In this document: positions 48,070-58,685 of the stretch, in pieces
Numbering within the stretch: position 1 is the first letter of the stretch
Layout of the letters: every line of letters starts with the position of its first letter
Assembly (NCBI GenBank): GCA_963713865.1
Contig: OY970208.1
Location: forward strand, 352,001-416,000
Direction: 5' to 3'
Length of the DNA stretch: 64,000 nucleotides
From: an uncultured candidate division Zixibacteria bacterium
GTDB lineage: Bacteria; Zixibacteria; MSB-5A5; RBG-16-43-9
Notes under the pieces: model-generated
What the model was told of the DNA's origin: nothing
Seen by the model: the letters and a program-made list of their open reading frames with translations, nothing else
Databases searched by the model: none
Program-made: the position numbers and the translations under genes

Positions 48070-48767
48070 AATTCGGTGTGATCATCTTTCCCGGCTCCAA
48101 CTGCGACTACGATGCTTACCAGATGGTAAAATCGGTGATAAAAGAGAATGTTGAGTTTCTCTGGCATCAGGAAAAAGACCTCAAGAATTTCGACTGCGTG
48201 ATCTTGCCTGGTGGATTTTCTTATGGGGATTATCTGCGCACTGGTGCCATTGCCCGGTTTGCTCCCATTATGAAGGAGGTCTATAACTTTGCAGAAAAAG
48301 GCGGGCTGGTCATAGGTATCTGCAATGGCTTTCAAATCCTTTTAGAGGCAAACCTTCTACCCGGAGCTATGTTGAGAAACTCCTCTTTGAGATTTGTCTG
48401 CAAATATGTCTATCTCCGGACAGAAGAAACAGATACTCCATTTACCAATGCCTGCCAGAAATCCCAGGTCTTGAAGATCCCTGTAGCTCATACCGATGGG
48501 AATTATTATATATCCGATGAAGGGCTTAAAAAACTGAAAGATAATAACCAGATAGTCTTCCGGTATTGCAATCCACAAGGAAAATTTGACCCGGCTTATA
48601 ATCCCAATGGTGCTTTGGACAACATTGCCGGCATCTGCAACTTTAAAAGGAATGTGCTGGGGATGATGCCTCACCCGGAAAGAAGTGGTGAAAATATCCT
48701 GGGGTCTGAAGACGGAAGATATATCTTCGAATCGGTAGTCAATTTTATCAAAGGGAAAGCAAATTGA
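48066..48767 (+). CDS. purQ: FGAM synthase subunit PurQ
   Basis: [32 protein letters not shown]. Confidence 0.96.
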   Translation: MKFGVIIFPGSNCDYDAYQMVKSVIKENVEFLWHQEKDLKNFDCVILPGGFSYGDYLRTGAIARFAPIMKEVYNFAEKGGLVIGICNGFQILLEANLLPGAMLRNSSLRFVCKYVYLRTEETDTPFTNACQKSQVLKIPVAHTDGNYYISDEGLKKLKDNNQIVFRYCNPQGKFDPAYNPNGALDNIAGICNFKRNVLGMMPHPERSGENILGSEDGRYIFESVVNFIKGKAN

Positions 48768-49030
48768 AGAAGGCAGAGATAGTCTCGATAGTAATCGCCC
48801 TGGTTTTAGCTGCAGTTATCGGTGGTTTGATCGGCGATTTAATCGGATCTTTCATCCCTGAGGGTGCGGTCAGAACCCTTTTCAAAGGGAGCGTAGATAT
48901 AGGTTTTAAAACCATATCTTTTGATTTCTATTCTATCTCCTTCACCATAGGATTGATGGTGAAGATCAATTTCGTATCGATCCTGATGGTAATTTTAGTA
49001 ATCGTTTATTTCAGATGGTGGTATTTGTGA
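48764..49030 (+). CDS. DUF4321-like small membrane protein
   Basis: 88 aa; TM segment, IGGLIG, FTIGL..KIN, second TM segment. Confidence 0.7.
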   Translation: MKKAEIVSIVIALVLAAVIGGLIGDLIGSFIPEGAVRTLFKGSVDIGFKTISFDFYSISFTIGLMVKINFVSILMVILVIVYFRWWYL

Positions 49031-49074
49031 TAATAGGTATCAGGTTGTAGGTAATAGGTTATAGGAAAAAAGAA

Positions 49075-49521
49075 ATGGGAATCTTTTCAGAAAAAGACAT
49101 AAAAAAGATTGAAACCTGTCTTGAGCCAGAAAGTCTCGGTCAGGAAAAAGACCATTATCGATTGAAAATTGTCAACCGCAAAGAGAAAAGAAGCGTTATC
49201 TTAGAGCTTTATCCAGAGATAACTTTGGGAAAGACCAAAGGTCCTTTAGTTGTAGTTTATACTTCTAATTGTCATTTACAATTGCACAATGTCTCCGGAT
49301 ACGTGATCAGCGAGGAATTAGGAGAAGTTACTTTTGTGGGAGAGGATGTGGGAAAAGTCTCCGGCCTGGTGGTAGAGAAAGAAGCTGGCTGTGCTTTCTA
49401 TGCCAATGTTAAAAGAGAGCTTATCTCCGGCGATTTTACTAAATTAGGTGTAGAGGTAATGCTCTCTGGAGTAGCGCTTTCTTTAGCAGAGGAGATTTTA
49501 GAGAAGAAGAAAGGTAACTGA
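49075..49521 (+). CDS. Hypothetical protein
   Basis: 148-aa ORF in operon orientation with no recognised motif. Confidence 0.7.
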   Translation: MGIFSEKDIKKIETCLEPESLGQEKDHYRLKIVNRKEKRSVILELYPEITLGKTKGPLVVVYTSNCHLQLHNVSGYVISEELGEVTFVGEDVGKVSGLVVEKEAGCAFYANVKRELISGDFTKLGVEVMLSGVALSLAEEILEKKKGN

Positions 49522-49644
49522 AACTTTAACCCTGCATTGGTGGAACAGACATCCTGTCTGTTCATCGGTAGCGTCCTTAATCTGTGAGGACGTTTTTACG
49601 TTGCCTCAGGAGAAGTAACGTTACAATAGCTAATAACATATAAT

Positions 49645-49671
49645 AAAAAAGCCCCCTACGGGGGCTTTTTT
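49645..49671. terminator. Bidirectional rho-independent terminator
   Basis: AAAAAAGCCCCC-TAC-GGGGGCTTTTTT between convergent genes. Confidence 0.85.
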
Positions 49672-49684
49672 ACTGGGGTATAGA

Positions 49685-50830
49685 TCAGGTAGCTGTAGGA
49701 GGAGGGGCAAGATACTTCTTAATCTGAAAGACAGACCCAAAACCAACGAAAAGAGCCAAAAGATATACTATCCAGTGAATATAAGGAATCAGAAACAGTA
49801 TATAGAGGATAACCAGTCCAACAATTAATGACCAGGCAGGAGCTGGAAGTCCATCGGTCTTGAAGAGTTTTAAAACTTTTTCACCCAGGGCGAACCCTAC
49901 GAAAATTTTGGCTATATAGACCAGAATCAGATAGGCGAAGATAACTATTATCGATATAGGTATGCCAATAATCGTAAAAAGCAATATTAGAGCCGCAACC
50001 GGAATACAGATCACAAAGACAAATCCTAATCCTAAATTTTTGAGGAAATCTTTGAATACCGCTTCTTTAACTGCTTTAAACTCTTTTTTAGCCACGAGAA
50101 GCATAAGCAACCCAGTCGCAATCGAGGCACACAATAATAAAAATTTGATTACAAGCTTACCCCCGGTTAACCCTCCCCCTTTTATCTTCTTGGGAATAAC
50201 TTTAGTCCACTTGGTCTCTCCGGTTATCTGAGCACCCTTCTCGATTTTGGCTTCTTTTTTGCTTTTATAAAAAAGGTTCCCGTTTATCTTCGCATCCGGC
50301 ATTATGGAAATCTCATCTGCTTGTATATTAACGTCACCATCTATAACTCCGGAGATAACCACAGAGCCTACGCTTCCCTTTACTCCTTTGCCTACCTTGC
50401 CGGAGATCTTTAACTCACCGCAGAAGGCGATGACATCTCCACCGATCTCAGAGTTATCTTTAAGATTAATGCTGGCGGCAAACCCTAAAAAATTTCTTTT
50501 GAGCTTGCCATCTAAGCTGATATTCTGGGCACCCCCGCGAAAGCTACCCCCCACCTCTCCGGAGATATCCAGGTCACGTGCAACTGCCATCAGGTTTCCG
50601 CCAATCACCCCTTTACTGGTCAAAGTCTGACTGCCGGAGACAAAGTCCCCCTCCACCTTACCTGAAAATTTGATATTATTCCCGGCAACAAAATAGTCAT
50701 CCTGAATCAGGGTTGACTCCGGGATGACTATGTTCTCACCACCTTTGAGTACTGTAGCTTGGATTAATTGGGGTAAGAAAGCTAAAGTGCAAAATATAAA
50801 AAGAATCAGAAACTTAAATAATTTAATCAT
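49685..50830 (-). CDS. Polymer-forming-cytoskeletal (bactofilin-like) repeat membrane protein
   Basis: Signal peptide, G-x-V/I-x-G-D/N repeats, C-terminal multi-TM region with FTIIGIP. Confidence 0.8.
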   Translation of the reverse strand: MIKLFKFLILFIFCTLAFLPQLIQATVLKGGENIVIPESTLIQDDYFVAGNNIKFSGKVEGDFVSGSQTLTSKGVIGGNLMAVARDLDISGEVGGSFRGGAQNISLDGKLKRNFLGFAASINLKDNSEIGGDVIAFCGELKISGKVGKGVKGSVGSVVISGVIDGDVNIQADEISIMPDAKINGNLFYKSKKEAKIEKGAQITGETKWTKVIPKKIKGGGLTGGKLVIKFLLLCASIATGLLMLLVAKKEFKAVKEAVFKDFLKNLGLGFVFVICIPVAALILLFTIIGIPISIIVIFAYLILVYIAKIFVGFALGEKVLKLFKTDGLPAPAWSLIVGLVILYILFLIPYIHWIVYLLALFVGFGSVFQIKKYLAPPPTAT

Positions 50831-51126
50831 ACTTCCTCCTTTTTGTCTTCTATTTAACTTTACGAGTAAAAATTTCCTTTGGTTTCAAATAAATTTTTAT
50901 TAATATATATACTTAAGTTTTGAGGTCAATGTTTTTTGGGATTGCCTTGAAAATAAATGTCTTTGCAAAAACTTTGGAGTGCCCCCCTTTTGGCGGGGTG
51001 AAAAATGAATTCTCTTTTAAAATCCGCCCAGGGAAAGATAAAGCTGAAGTCTTCACCAGGATCCTGTGGGCAAGACCTTGACGGTTTTACACTCCATTAA
51101 TTTCTCTTATATGAGGAGATTCTTAG

Positions 51127-51640
51127 ATGGAAGAACAAAGAAAAGATAAGCCCGAAATATGTTTTTCAGAATATCCCAAAAGAATTATCCTGGGCAGGCT
51201 GCTTCTTCTGTTAGTCATCTTTGGCTCAGGGATTTATATCTTCTATCAGCTTAGAGCTGAATTATCCTATATCTATATTTTTTACAGTTTCTTAGCTATA
51301 AGTTTAGTCCTCCCTTTGTCCCGTTGCATCTTCTGTTCTTATCATGGTAAATATTGTAATACCGGCTGGGGTAAAGTTGCAGGTTACCTTTTTCCTAAAA
51401 GGAATGAAGATAAATTCAGCTCAGGATACGATTATATGCTTTTTATTTATCCTGTTCTGGTTTTTTCCTTTATTAGGCACATTAGTTCAACTGGTTAGAT
51501 TAAGAAATCTTTTCTGGTTAATTTTTTCAGGAGCATATATTTTTGTGTTGTTTTTAGAGAAGGTTTATTTGAAAAACTCTGCCTGTAGGTTCTGCTTTCA
51601 GAAAATGATTTGCCCAGGTGTCCCTTTTAATTCTAAATAG
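51127..51640 (+). CDS. Hypothetical Cys-containing membrane protein, frameshifted near 51435-51460
   Basis: ORF 51127 (CIFCSYHGKYC) continues in another frame as FWFFPLLG...CRFCFQKMICP. Confidence 0.6.
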
Positions 51641-51660
51641 ACAAACTAAAGGTTGGAAAT

Positions 51661-53337
51661 ATGAACCTGCTGTTGATTACTCTTTTTGCCGGGCTAATCC
51701 TCTTAGGGGCTTATTTTCTCTATGGAAGGTTCTTAGAGAAAAAGCTAAGCTTAGATAATAATAACCCGGTTCCCTCTCAGACGATGTATGATGGAGTGGA
51801 TTATATCCCTACGCGTAAGACACTTCTTTTGGGTCAGCATTTCTCAGCTATTGCTGCGGCTGGTCCCATTGTAGGACCTATCCTAGCTGGTCTTCTATTC
51901 GGCTGGGTGCCAGCTCTACTTTGGATCCTGGTAGGCTCAATCTTTATAGGTGGAGTGCACGATTTAACCGCCCTGGTAGCTTCAGTAAGACATAAAGCCA
52001 GGTCTATTGCTGAAGTGGTTAAGGAACATATGAGTAGAAGAGCTTATTTACTTTTTCTTCTGTTCATCTGGTTTTCCCTGGTATATGTGATAGTAGCTTT
52101 CACCGATATTACTGCCAGTGCTTTTACCCAGAAAACCTATGGGGCTGGCGTCGCCTCCTCCTCTTTTCTTTATCTTTCTTTAGCTTTCCTTATGGGGTTG
52201 GTTCTTTACAAGCTAAAGTTCCCTTTATGGCTTTCCACTCTTATCTTTTTACCTCTGGTAATCTTCGCTATCTGGTATGGACAGAAAATACCTATTACCC
52301 TGCCCTCATTTTTAGGACTGGAACCACTTAAAACCTGGGACCTTATTCTCCTTTTATACTGCTTTACCGCCTCGATCATCCCTTTGTGGCTGCTGCTTCA
52401 GCCACGTGGATATTTAGGAGGGCTTTTTCTGTATGGAACGCTTTTAGCCGGGATAATGGGGATACTTTTTGGAGGATTCAAGATCAATTACCCTCCGTTC
52501 ATAGGATTTAAGAGCATGGATGTAATTCCAATTTTCCCGGTACTTTTCATCACCGTAGCCTGTGGAGCCTGTTCCGGTTTTCATGCTATTGTAAGTTCAG
52601 GCACATCCTCTAAACAGCTCAAAAAAGAAAAAGATGCTAAATTGATCGGTTATGGAGGGATGCTCTTAGAAGGTTTAGTAGCAGTTATTGCCTTAGCTAC
52701 TTTGATGATGCTTACCAGGTTCGGAGCTTTATCCAAAGCAAAGCCGGATGAAATTTATGCCAATGGGATCAGCAATTTCTTATCGATTTTCAATATCAAT
52801 CGTGATTTCGCTATGAGCTTTGGACTTTTAGCTTTTGCCACCTTTATCTATGATACCTTAGACGTTTGTACCAGATTGGGTAGATATGTATTCCAGGAGC
52901 TAACTGACTGGAGAGGTAAATTCTCTAAAGCTGGTCCAACTCTCATAACTCTTTTAATTCCGGCTTTTTCAGTTATGGTGCAGGTAAAGGACTCATCTGG
53001 CAACCTGTTGCCAGCCTGGAGGATTTTCTGGTCCCTTTTTGGAACCAGCAATCAGCTTTTGGCAGCTTTAACTCTTTTAGGAGTAACAGTCTGGCTAAAG
53101 GAGACCAGGAAAGCCTGGTATTACACAGTTATACCTATGGCTTTTATGCTAATTATGACTTTATGGTCACTTATTTTGATGATTTTACCATGGTTAGGAA
53201 AGCTTTTTTCTGGCAACTTTATCATAGAAGTTATCCCTTTATGTGCTTTAGTCCTTTTAACCTTAGCTATACTCCTCTTAACTGAAGCCTTAAGGAGCCT
53301 GTTTTTTAAAAAATCTAATCTCAGAACAAATATTTGA
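51661..53337 (+). CDS. cstA: Carbon starvation protein A family transporter
   Basis: DGVDYIP, GQHFSAIAAAGPIVGP, GGVHD, LLQPRGYL, ACGACSGFH, FGTSNQL. Confidence 0.93.
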   Translation: MNLLLITLFAGLILLGAYFLYGRFLEKKLSLDNNNPVPSQTMYDGVDYIPTRKTLLLGQHFSAIAAAGPIVGPILAGLLFGWVPALLWILVGSIFIGGVHDLTALVASVRHKARSIAEVVKEHMSRRAYLLFLLFIWFSLVYVIVAFTDITASAFTQKTYGAGVASSSFLYLSLAFLMGLVLYKLKFPLWLSTLIFLPLVIFAIWYGQKIPITLPSFLGLEPLKTWDLILLLYCFTASIIPLWLLLQPRGYLGGLFLYGTLLAGIMGILFGGFKINYPPFIGFKSMDVIPIFPVLFITVACGACSGFHAIVSSGTSSKQLKKEKDAKLIGYGGMLLEGLVAVIALATLMMLTRFGALSKAKPDEIYANGISNFLSIFNINRDFAMSFGLLAFATFIYDTLDVCTRLGRYVFQELTDWRGKFSKAGPTLITLLIPAFSVMVQVKDSSGNLLPAWRIFWSLFGTSNQLLAALTLLGVTVWLKETRKAWYYTVIPMAFMLIMTLWSLILMILPWLGKLFSGNFIIEVIPLCALVLLTLAILLLTEALRSLFFKKSNLRTNI

Positions 53338-53370
53338 TTTCGACTTTCTGCCGATAAAAAAAGTAAGCTT

Positions 53371-54999
53371 TTGAATTTGGCTGGTTCAATTCTCAAGACT
53401 CAAATTCGAGCTAAAAAGGCTTTTATGAATAATTATCCTCTGCAGAGAAATGGCTGGGAGAATTATTTAGGGGTAAATAACCTTTTCTTTTTTGCCAGAA
53501 GCCTGCTTTTTTTAGGGCTTTGTATCTGGCTTGCTTTTGCCCCGACTCCTCTGACTTCTCCTTATTTTGGATGGGTACTTCTTGCTATCTTCCTTTTACA
53601 GCTTTTTGGACTATACATTTACGTTTCCAGGTTCAAACCCAAATCAACTCATTTTTATAGCTTCACCTCCATTTTTGACCTGGTTTTCATAACCTTCCTG
53701 GTTTTATCTACCGGTGGGGTTAAAAGCGATTTCTATCTTCTTTATTATCTTTCTATCTCCCTCGGGGCTTATCAATTGGGTTTTAGCTCAGGACTTTTCC
53801 TGGCGTTTTTAGCCAACCTCTTATATCTCATAACTAATACCCCCCACCTGAATGAAATTTTCTTAGGGGACCTGTTGATTCGGCTATCTTTCCTCTGGGT
53901 TTTTGCCGCAGGAATTGGTAAACTTTCTATATTCTTGAAAGACTCAGAGGCAAGGCTTATGCAGGTATTCGATACTTTAAACCTGAGGACCTCAGAACTG
54001 GAAAAATCCCAGCTGCAGATCGAGACTGTTTATGAGGCTAGCCGTTCTTTAGGTGAGATCTACAGATTTGAACAGGTGATTGATGAGGTCTTAGAGATAG
54101 CTCAAAGGATATTAAAGTATCCGCACTTCACGATTCTGCTTCTGGATAAACAGAAAGAGGATCTTCTTCTGAAAGGGAAAATAGAGTCCGGTCGCAAGTT
54201 TCAATATACAGATCCTCCAGAGATCTCCTTAAGTGGTATAGCGGGCTCAGCTTTAAAAGAAGGTAAAGGGGTAAGGATCTATGAAGTCAAAGATGATCCC
54301 CGGTATATACCCGGTTTAGAAGGAGCCCATTCAGAGATGGCAGTCCCGATGATCTCTCAGGGTAAAACCATCGGGGTTTTGAACGCTGAGTCCAGAAAGG
54401 TTGGAGCATTTTCAGAGCAGGACCAGAAGATTTTCTCCATATTAGCCAGTTCAGCTGCTATGGCTTTAGAGAATGCCAGCCTCCATCAGAAGATGGAGGA
54501 ACTAACTGTTATCGATGAGCTTACCGGGATCTATAATTATCGCTATTTCGTACAGAAACTCGCTAATGAGCTTAAAAGAGCCAGAAGGTATCATCAGAAC
54601 CTTTCCCTGTTGATGATCGATATCGACTGGTTTAAAAGATATAATGACAACTATGGGCATCTTTTTGGCAACCTGATTTTAAGTGATTTAGCCAAGGTAA
54701 TCAAAAGCTGTATCCGTGATACTGATGTTCTGATCCGTTATGGAGGTGAGGAGTTTGTGGTGATACTCCCCCAAACTGAAAAAGAAGATGCGCGGAACAT
54801 CGGGGAGAGAATACGCTCTAAGGTCGAACAGGCCCAATTCGAGGAGAAGGAAAAAAAAATCAAGGTTAGCTTGACTGTGAGTTTAGGGGTTGCCACCTTT
54901 CCGGAGAATGGAACTGAACCAGAGGAGCTGGTTAGAAGTGTGGACCAGGCTTTATATTTAGCTAAAGGTAAAGGTAAGAACTTAATCTGCTCTCTATAA
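53371..54999 (+). CDS. Membrane GAF-GGDEF diguanylate cyclase
   Basis: N-terminal TM helices, GAF (SEMAVPM, GVLNAES), DELTG, DIDWFK.YND.YGH, RYGGEEF; the start may be ATG 53425. Confidence 0.9.
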   Translation: MNLAGSILKTQIRAKKAFMNNYPLQRNGWENYLGVNNLFFFARSLLFLGLCIWLAFAPTPLTSPYFGWVLLAIFLLQLFGLYIYVSRFKPKSTHFYSFTSIFDLVFITFLVLSTGGVKSDFYLLYYLSISLGAYQLGFSSGLFLAFLANLLYLITNTPHLNEIFLGDLLIRLSFLWVFAAGIGKLSIFLKDSEARLMQVFDTLNLRTSELEKSQLQIETVYEASRSLGEIYRFEQVIDEVLEIAQRILKYPHFTILLLDKQKEDLLLKGKIESGRKFQYTDPPEISLSGIAGSALKEGKGVRIYEVKDDPRYIPGLEGAHSEMAVPMISQGKTIGVLNAESRKVGAFSEQDQKIFSILASSAAMALENASLHQKMEELTVIDELTGIYNYRYFVQKLANELKRARRYHQNLSLLMIDIDWFKRYNDNYGHLFGNLILSDLAKVIKSCIRDTDVLIRYGGEEFVVILPQTEKEDARNIGERIRSKVEQAQFEEKEKKIKVSLTVSLGVATFPENGTEPEELVRSVDQALYLAKGKGKNLICSL

Positions 55000-55007
55000 G
55001 GAAAAAA

Positions 55008-55987
55008 GTGGATAAATTGAGGCTTGGTCAAATCTTTTGTTTGGGATATCAAGGGGTGGAACCCTCAGTTGAGTTTATAAACTTAGTCCAGAAGTATAAC
55101 CTGGGGGGGGTAATCCTTTTCTCTCGAAATCTAAACACGAAAGAAAAAATTAAAGAGAAGATTGAACTACTGCAAAGAAGATCTAAAATTCCACTCTTTG
55201 TAATGATAGATCAGGAAGGGGGTAGAATAAATCGCATTACGGATAATTTCCCTCTTTTCCCGGCTAATAAATTTTACGGAGAAAGTAAAGATAAAAATGG
55301 GGTGCATAAAGCTTACAGTCAAACTGCTAAGGAATTAAAGAGATTGGGCATTAATGTAAATTTAGCCCCAGTTGTGGATGTACTTACCAACCCTTCTAAT
55401 TCAGTAATAGGGGATAGGTCATTTGGATCCGATCCAGAATTGGTAGCAGAATTTTCTAAGATTGCTATTGAAGCTATCAGAGAAGAAGGGGTTTTAGCTT
55501 GTGCTAAACATTTTCCCGGAATAGGGATCTCTCAGAAGACCCTCATCAAATTCTGCCTTACAATTCAAATCCAAAACAGAGGTTTGATACGATAGATTTC
55601 CTCCCTTTTATAACAGCTATATCCTGTGAAGTAGATTTCATAATGAGCACACATCTATTCGCAACTGAGTTGGACCCGATCTTTCCAGCTTCCCTTTCAA
55701 AAAAAATCTGTTCAGAAATTTTAAGAGAAGAGCTAAATTTTAAGGGGGTTTTGCTCAGCGATGATATGCAAATGAAAGCCATAAGGGAGAACTATCCCTT
55801 AGAAGAAGCCTGCCTTTTAGCCTTTGAAGCCGGGAACGATATGATTTTACTAGCGGAAAATTTAGAGGAACAGACAAAGGTGATAGAACACTTTGAAAAA
55901 AAGTTAAAAGATAAAGAATTAAACCTACCTCGATATTCCGAGGTAATAAACAGGATCTTAGCTTTAAAAGAAAAAAGATTGAAATAG
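55008..55987 (+). CDS. nagZ: Beta-N-acetylhexosaminidase (GH3), frameshifted near 55523-55526
   Basis: GGVILFSRN, DQEGG, NLAPVVD, KHFPG. Adding one G restores GDLSEDPH and joins it to ORF 55643 (PASLS, SDDMQM, AGND). Confidence 0.85.
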
Positions 55988-55995
55988 AGGCTTAA

Positions 55996-57201
55996 TTGAA
56001 CCTGAAAAGACTTATGGATAAGAGGAAAATGAAAGTAATCGGACTTATGTCCGGCACCTCAGCCAATGGAATAGATGCCTGTCTGATTGAAATCGAAAAG
56101 AAGGCAGCCGGTCTCGGTAATTCAAACCCGGAGCTTAAAATTAAACAGCTCGGTTTCAGAACCTTTAGATTTCCAAATTCTTTGCAAAGGAAAATCATAA
56201 CCGTATCCAGCCCTGGTTATCAGGATGTCGACGAGACCATCAGGCTGGATTTTCTTTTAGGAGAATATTTTACAAATGCCGCTATAAAAATGGCTGAAAC
56301 TTGTGATCTAAAATTAAAAGATATAGACCTCATCGGCTCACACGGTCAAACCGTAAGACACCTTCCCTCTTTTAAGAAAATGGGTAACTATCTGGTTAGA
56401 GGAACTCTTCAAATAGGGGAACCTATGGTGATCTCAACCCGGACCGGGATTGTTACCGTAGCTGATTTCAGGAGAAAAGATATTGCCCTGGGTGGAGAAG
56501 GAGCCCCCCTTACTCCTTTAGCCCATTTTTATCTTTTCCATAAAGAAAATAAAGCTCAGGGAGTTTTAAACCTAGGTGGAATCTCTAACCTCACTTTTCT
56601 ACCCAGAGGTAAAGGTGGGAAAAAAGTTTGGGGTATGGATGTTGGTCCGGGGAATATGCTCATAGACAGTCTGATGAGAAGATATTTTAACAAGAATTTT
56701 GATAAGGATGGTAACATTGCATTTAAGGGTAAAATCGTCAATCCCATCCTGAAAAAACAGCTGGAGAGAATTAATTTGCTTCTGAAGAGAAGGAAAAGTT
56801 TGGGAAGGGAGGATTTCGACAAGAAATTCACAGAAGATTTTGTCCGGAAAGCTGAAAGATATTCTACCAAACCTGAGGATCTTATAGCCACAGCCAGTGA
56901 GCTTACCGTAAGATCGATCTATCAAAATTATCTGAAGTTTTTCAAGAAAAAAGCTAAAATAGAGGAGCTGATCCTCTGCGGGGGTGGAGCTTTAAACCGA
57001 TATTTGTTCTTAAGGCTTGAAGAGCTTTTCTATCCGGTTAAGGTTTACTTATCAGATGATCTGGGATACAACCCTCTAACAGTTGAACCGATCTCTTTTG
57101 CCATCTTTGCCTTTCTTACCTTATCACAATTACAGGGAGATGTTCCAGAATTAGCCAGAGCCGGAAAAACCATAATCTCAGGGAAAATATGCTTGCCTTA
57201 A
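55996..57201 (+). CDS. anmK: Anhydro-N-acetylmuramic acid kinase
   Basis: IGLMSGTS, GSHGQT, DFRRKD, GGEGAPL, NLGGISN, GPGN, CGGG. Confidence 0.93.
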   Translation: MNLKRLMDKRKMKVIGLMSGTSANGIDACLIEIEKKAAGLGNSNPELKIKQLGFRTFRFPNSLQRKIITVSSPGYQDVDETIRLDFLLGEYFTNAAIKMAETCDLKLKDIDLIGSHGQTVRHLPSFKKMGNYLVRGTLQIGEPMVISTRTGIVTVADFRRKDIALGGEGAPLTPLAHFYLFHKENKAQGVLNLGGISNLTFLPRGKGGKKVWGMDVGPGNMLIDSLMRRYFNKNFDKDGNIAFKGKIVNPILKKQLERINLLLKRRKSLGREDFDKKFTEDFVRKAERYSTKPEDLIATASELTVRSIYQNYLKFFKKKAKIEELILCGGGALNRYLFLRLEELFYPVKVYLSDDLGYNPLTVEPISFAIFAFLTLSQLQGDVPELARAGKTIISGKICLP

Positions 57202-58478
57202 CGCTACTAAGAATAAGAACTTTTGGGATTAAGCTCGGTTTAATCCTTATTTCCATTTTCATATATAACTGTGCCCAGATACCTCTTTACCGGGAGGAGC
57301 CCTATTATCGCCGACTCAAAATCCCGAGCGTTAAGGTGAAGCTTTTAGAAACTAAAGAAAACCTGGAGGTAGCACCTGCTGGCTCATTTGTTATCCGTTG
57401 TTATAATCAAAAAAATGAAGGTAAAAACTCTGAGTATTTTTCCTCTGCTCAGATCTGGATCAAAGTAAAAGCCGAAGGGATAACCTTGGGGGCAAAAGGG
57501 CAAAAGGAATTAGAAAGTAAACTGCAGAGAATAATTTTTGAACCAAGGGGTGATAAGCAGTGGTTCTATCTAAATGGTAATAGATACAGAGGATTATTGG
57601 AGATTAATTATTCACCAGAAGATAGTTCCGCTTTAGCTTTGAATTTAGTTTTTGTGGAAGACTATTTAAAGGGAGTCCTTCCAGGGGAAATAGGAAAGTG
57701 GGGAGAAAAAGAGCTTGAAGCTTTAAAGGCTCAGGCAATAGCCGCTAGAACCTATGCTCTTTATTCTTCCGGCAACTATAAAGAAAAAGGGTATGACTTA
57801 GAGTCGACTGTAGCAGATCAGGTTTATCTGGGAGTAGATTCTGAGAACATACTGTCTAATCTGGCAATTCAAAAGACTAAAGGGATGATCTTAATTTATA
57901 ACGGGAAACCGATCAAAGCACATTATCATGCCAATTGTGGTGGCTGGACCGAAAGGATAGAGGAGGTCTGGAACAAATCACCAGAGCCTTATCTTAATTC
58001 GTATGGAGACAATAGCTTCTGTTCCTGGGCAAAGAATGCAACCTGGGAGGAAAGCTGGTCGAGGGAAGAATTAGAAGAGATTGTAAATACTTATATTACG
58101 CCTTATCAGGAATTACCCCAGGGAGGTATCGGTAAAATTTTAGACTTGAAAGTATTAGAGATATTTCCTTCGGGCAGGGTTTCATTTTTAGAGTTAAGAA
58201 CCGATAAATATATTATCAAGCTGGAGAAGGATAATATCAGATGGGTTTTGAGGAGAAAAAATCCACCTCATCCTATTCTTCCCAGTACTTTTTTCGATAT
58301 ATATCTTCAGAGAGACACATCTGACCAACTGGAAAAAATTGTTTTCCAAGGTTCTGGAAATGGTCATGGTGTGGGTATGTGCCAGACCGGAGCTATAGGA
58401 AGAGCTCGGGCTGGTCAGAGCTACCGGGCAATTCTTTCTCATTATTATCGGGGGGCAAAAATAGTTAAGCTTTACTAA
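57189..58478 (+). CDS. SpoIID/LytB-domain lytic transglycosylase
   Basis: EDYLKGVLPGE, EALKAQAIAARTYA, DQVY, GHGVGMCQ.GA, ILSHYY. Confidence 0.92.
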   Translation: MLALTLLRIRTFGIKLGLILISIFIYNCAQIPLYREEPYYRRLKIPSVKVKLLETKENLEVAPAGSFVIRCYNQKNEGKNSEYFSSAQIWIKVKAEGITLGAKGQKELESKLQRIIFEPRGDKQWFYLNGNRYRGLLEINYSPEDSSALALNLVFVEDYLKGVLPGEIGKWGEKELEALKAQAIAARTYALYSSGNYKEKGYDLESTVADQVYLGVDSENILSNLAIQKTKGMILIYNGKPIKAHYHANCGGWTERIEEVWNKSPEPYLNSYGDNSFCSWAKNATWEESWSREELEEIVNTYITPYQELPQGGIGKILDLKVLEIFPSGRVSFLELRTDKYIIKLEKDNIRWVLRRKNPPHPILPSTFFDIYLQRDTSDQLEKIVFQGSGNGHGVGMCQTGAIGRARAGQSYRAILSHYYRGAKIVKLY

Positions 58479-58685
58479 CACTCTTCTTTTTTAAAAAAAC
58501 TAAAAAAAATACTTGACAACCAAGCTTGCCTTTCTTTAAATTCTTAAAACTTTAGATGTTAGAACGTGATTATATAAAAAGGGAATTTTAACTTAACGGA
58601 AGGAGGGGGTGATACCCGACCGAAAAATAAGTTTTTAAACCGGGGCAAGTTTCAGATCGAAAACTTTTAAACAGGAGGTAAGAAA

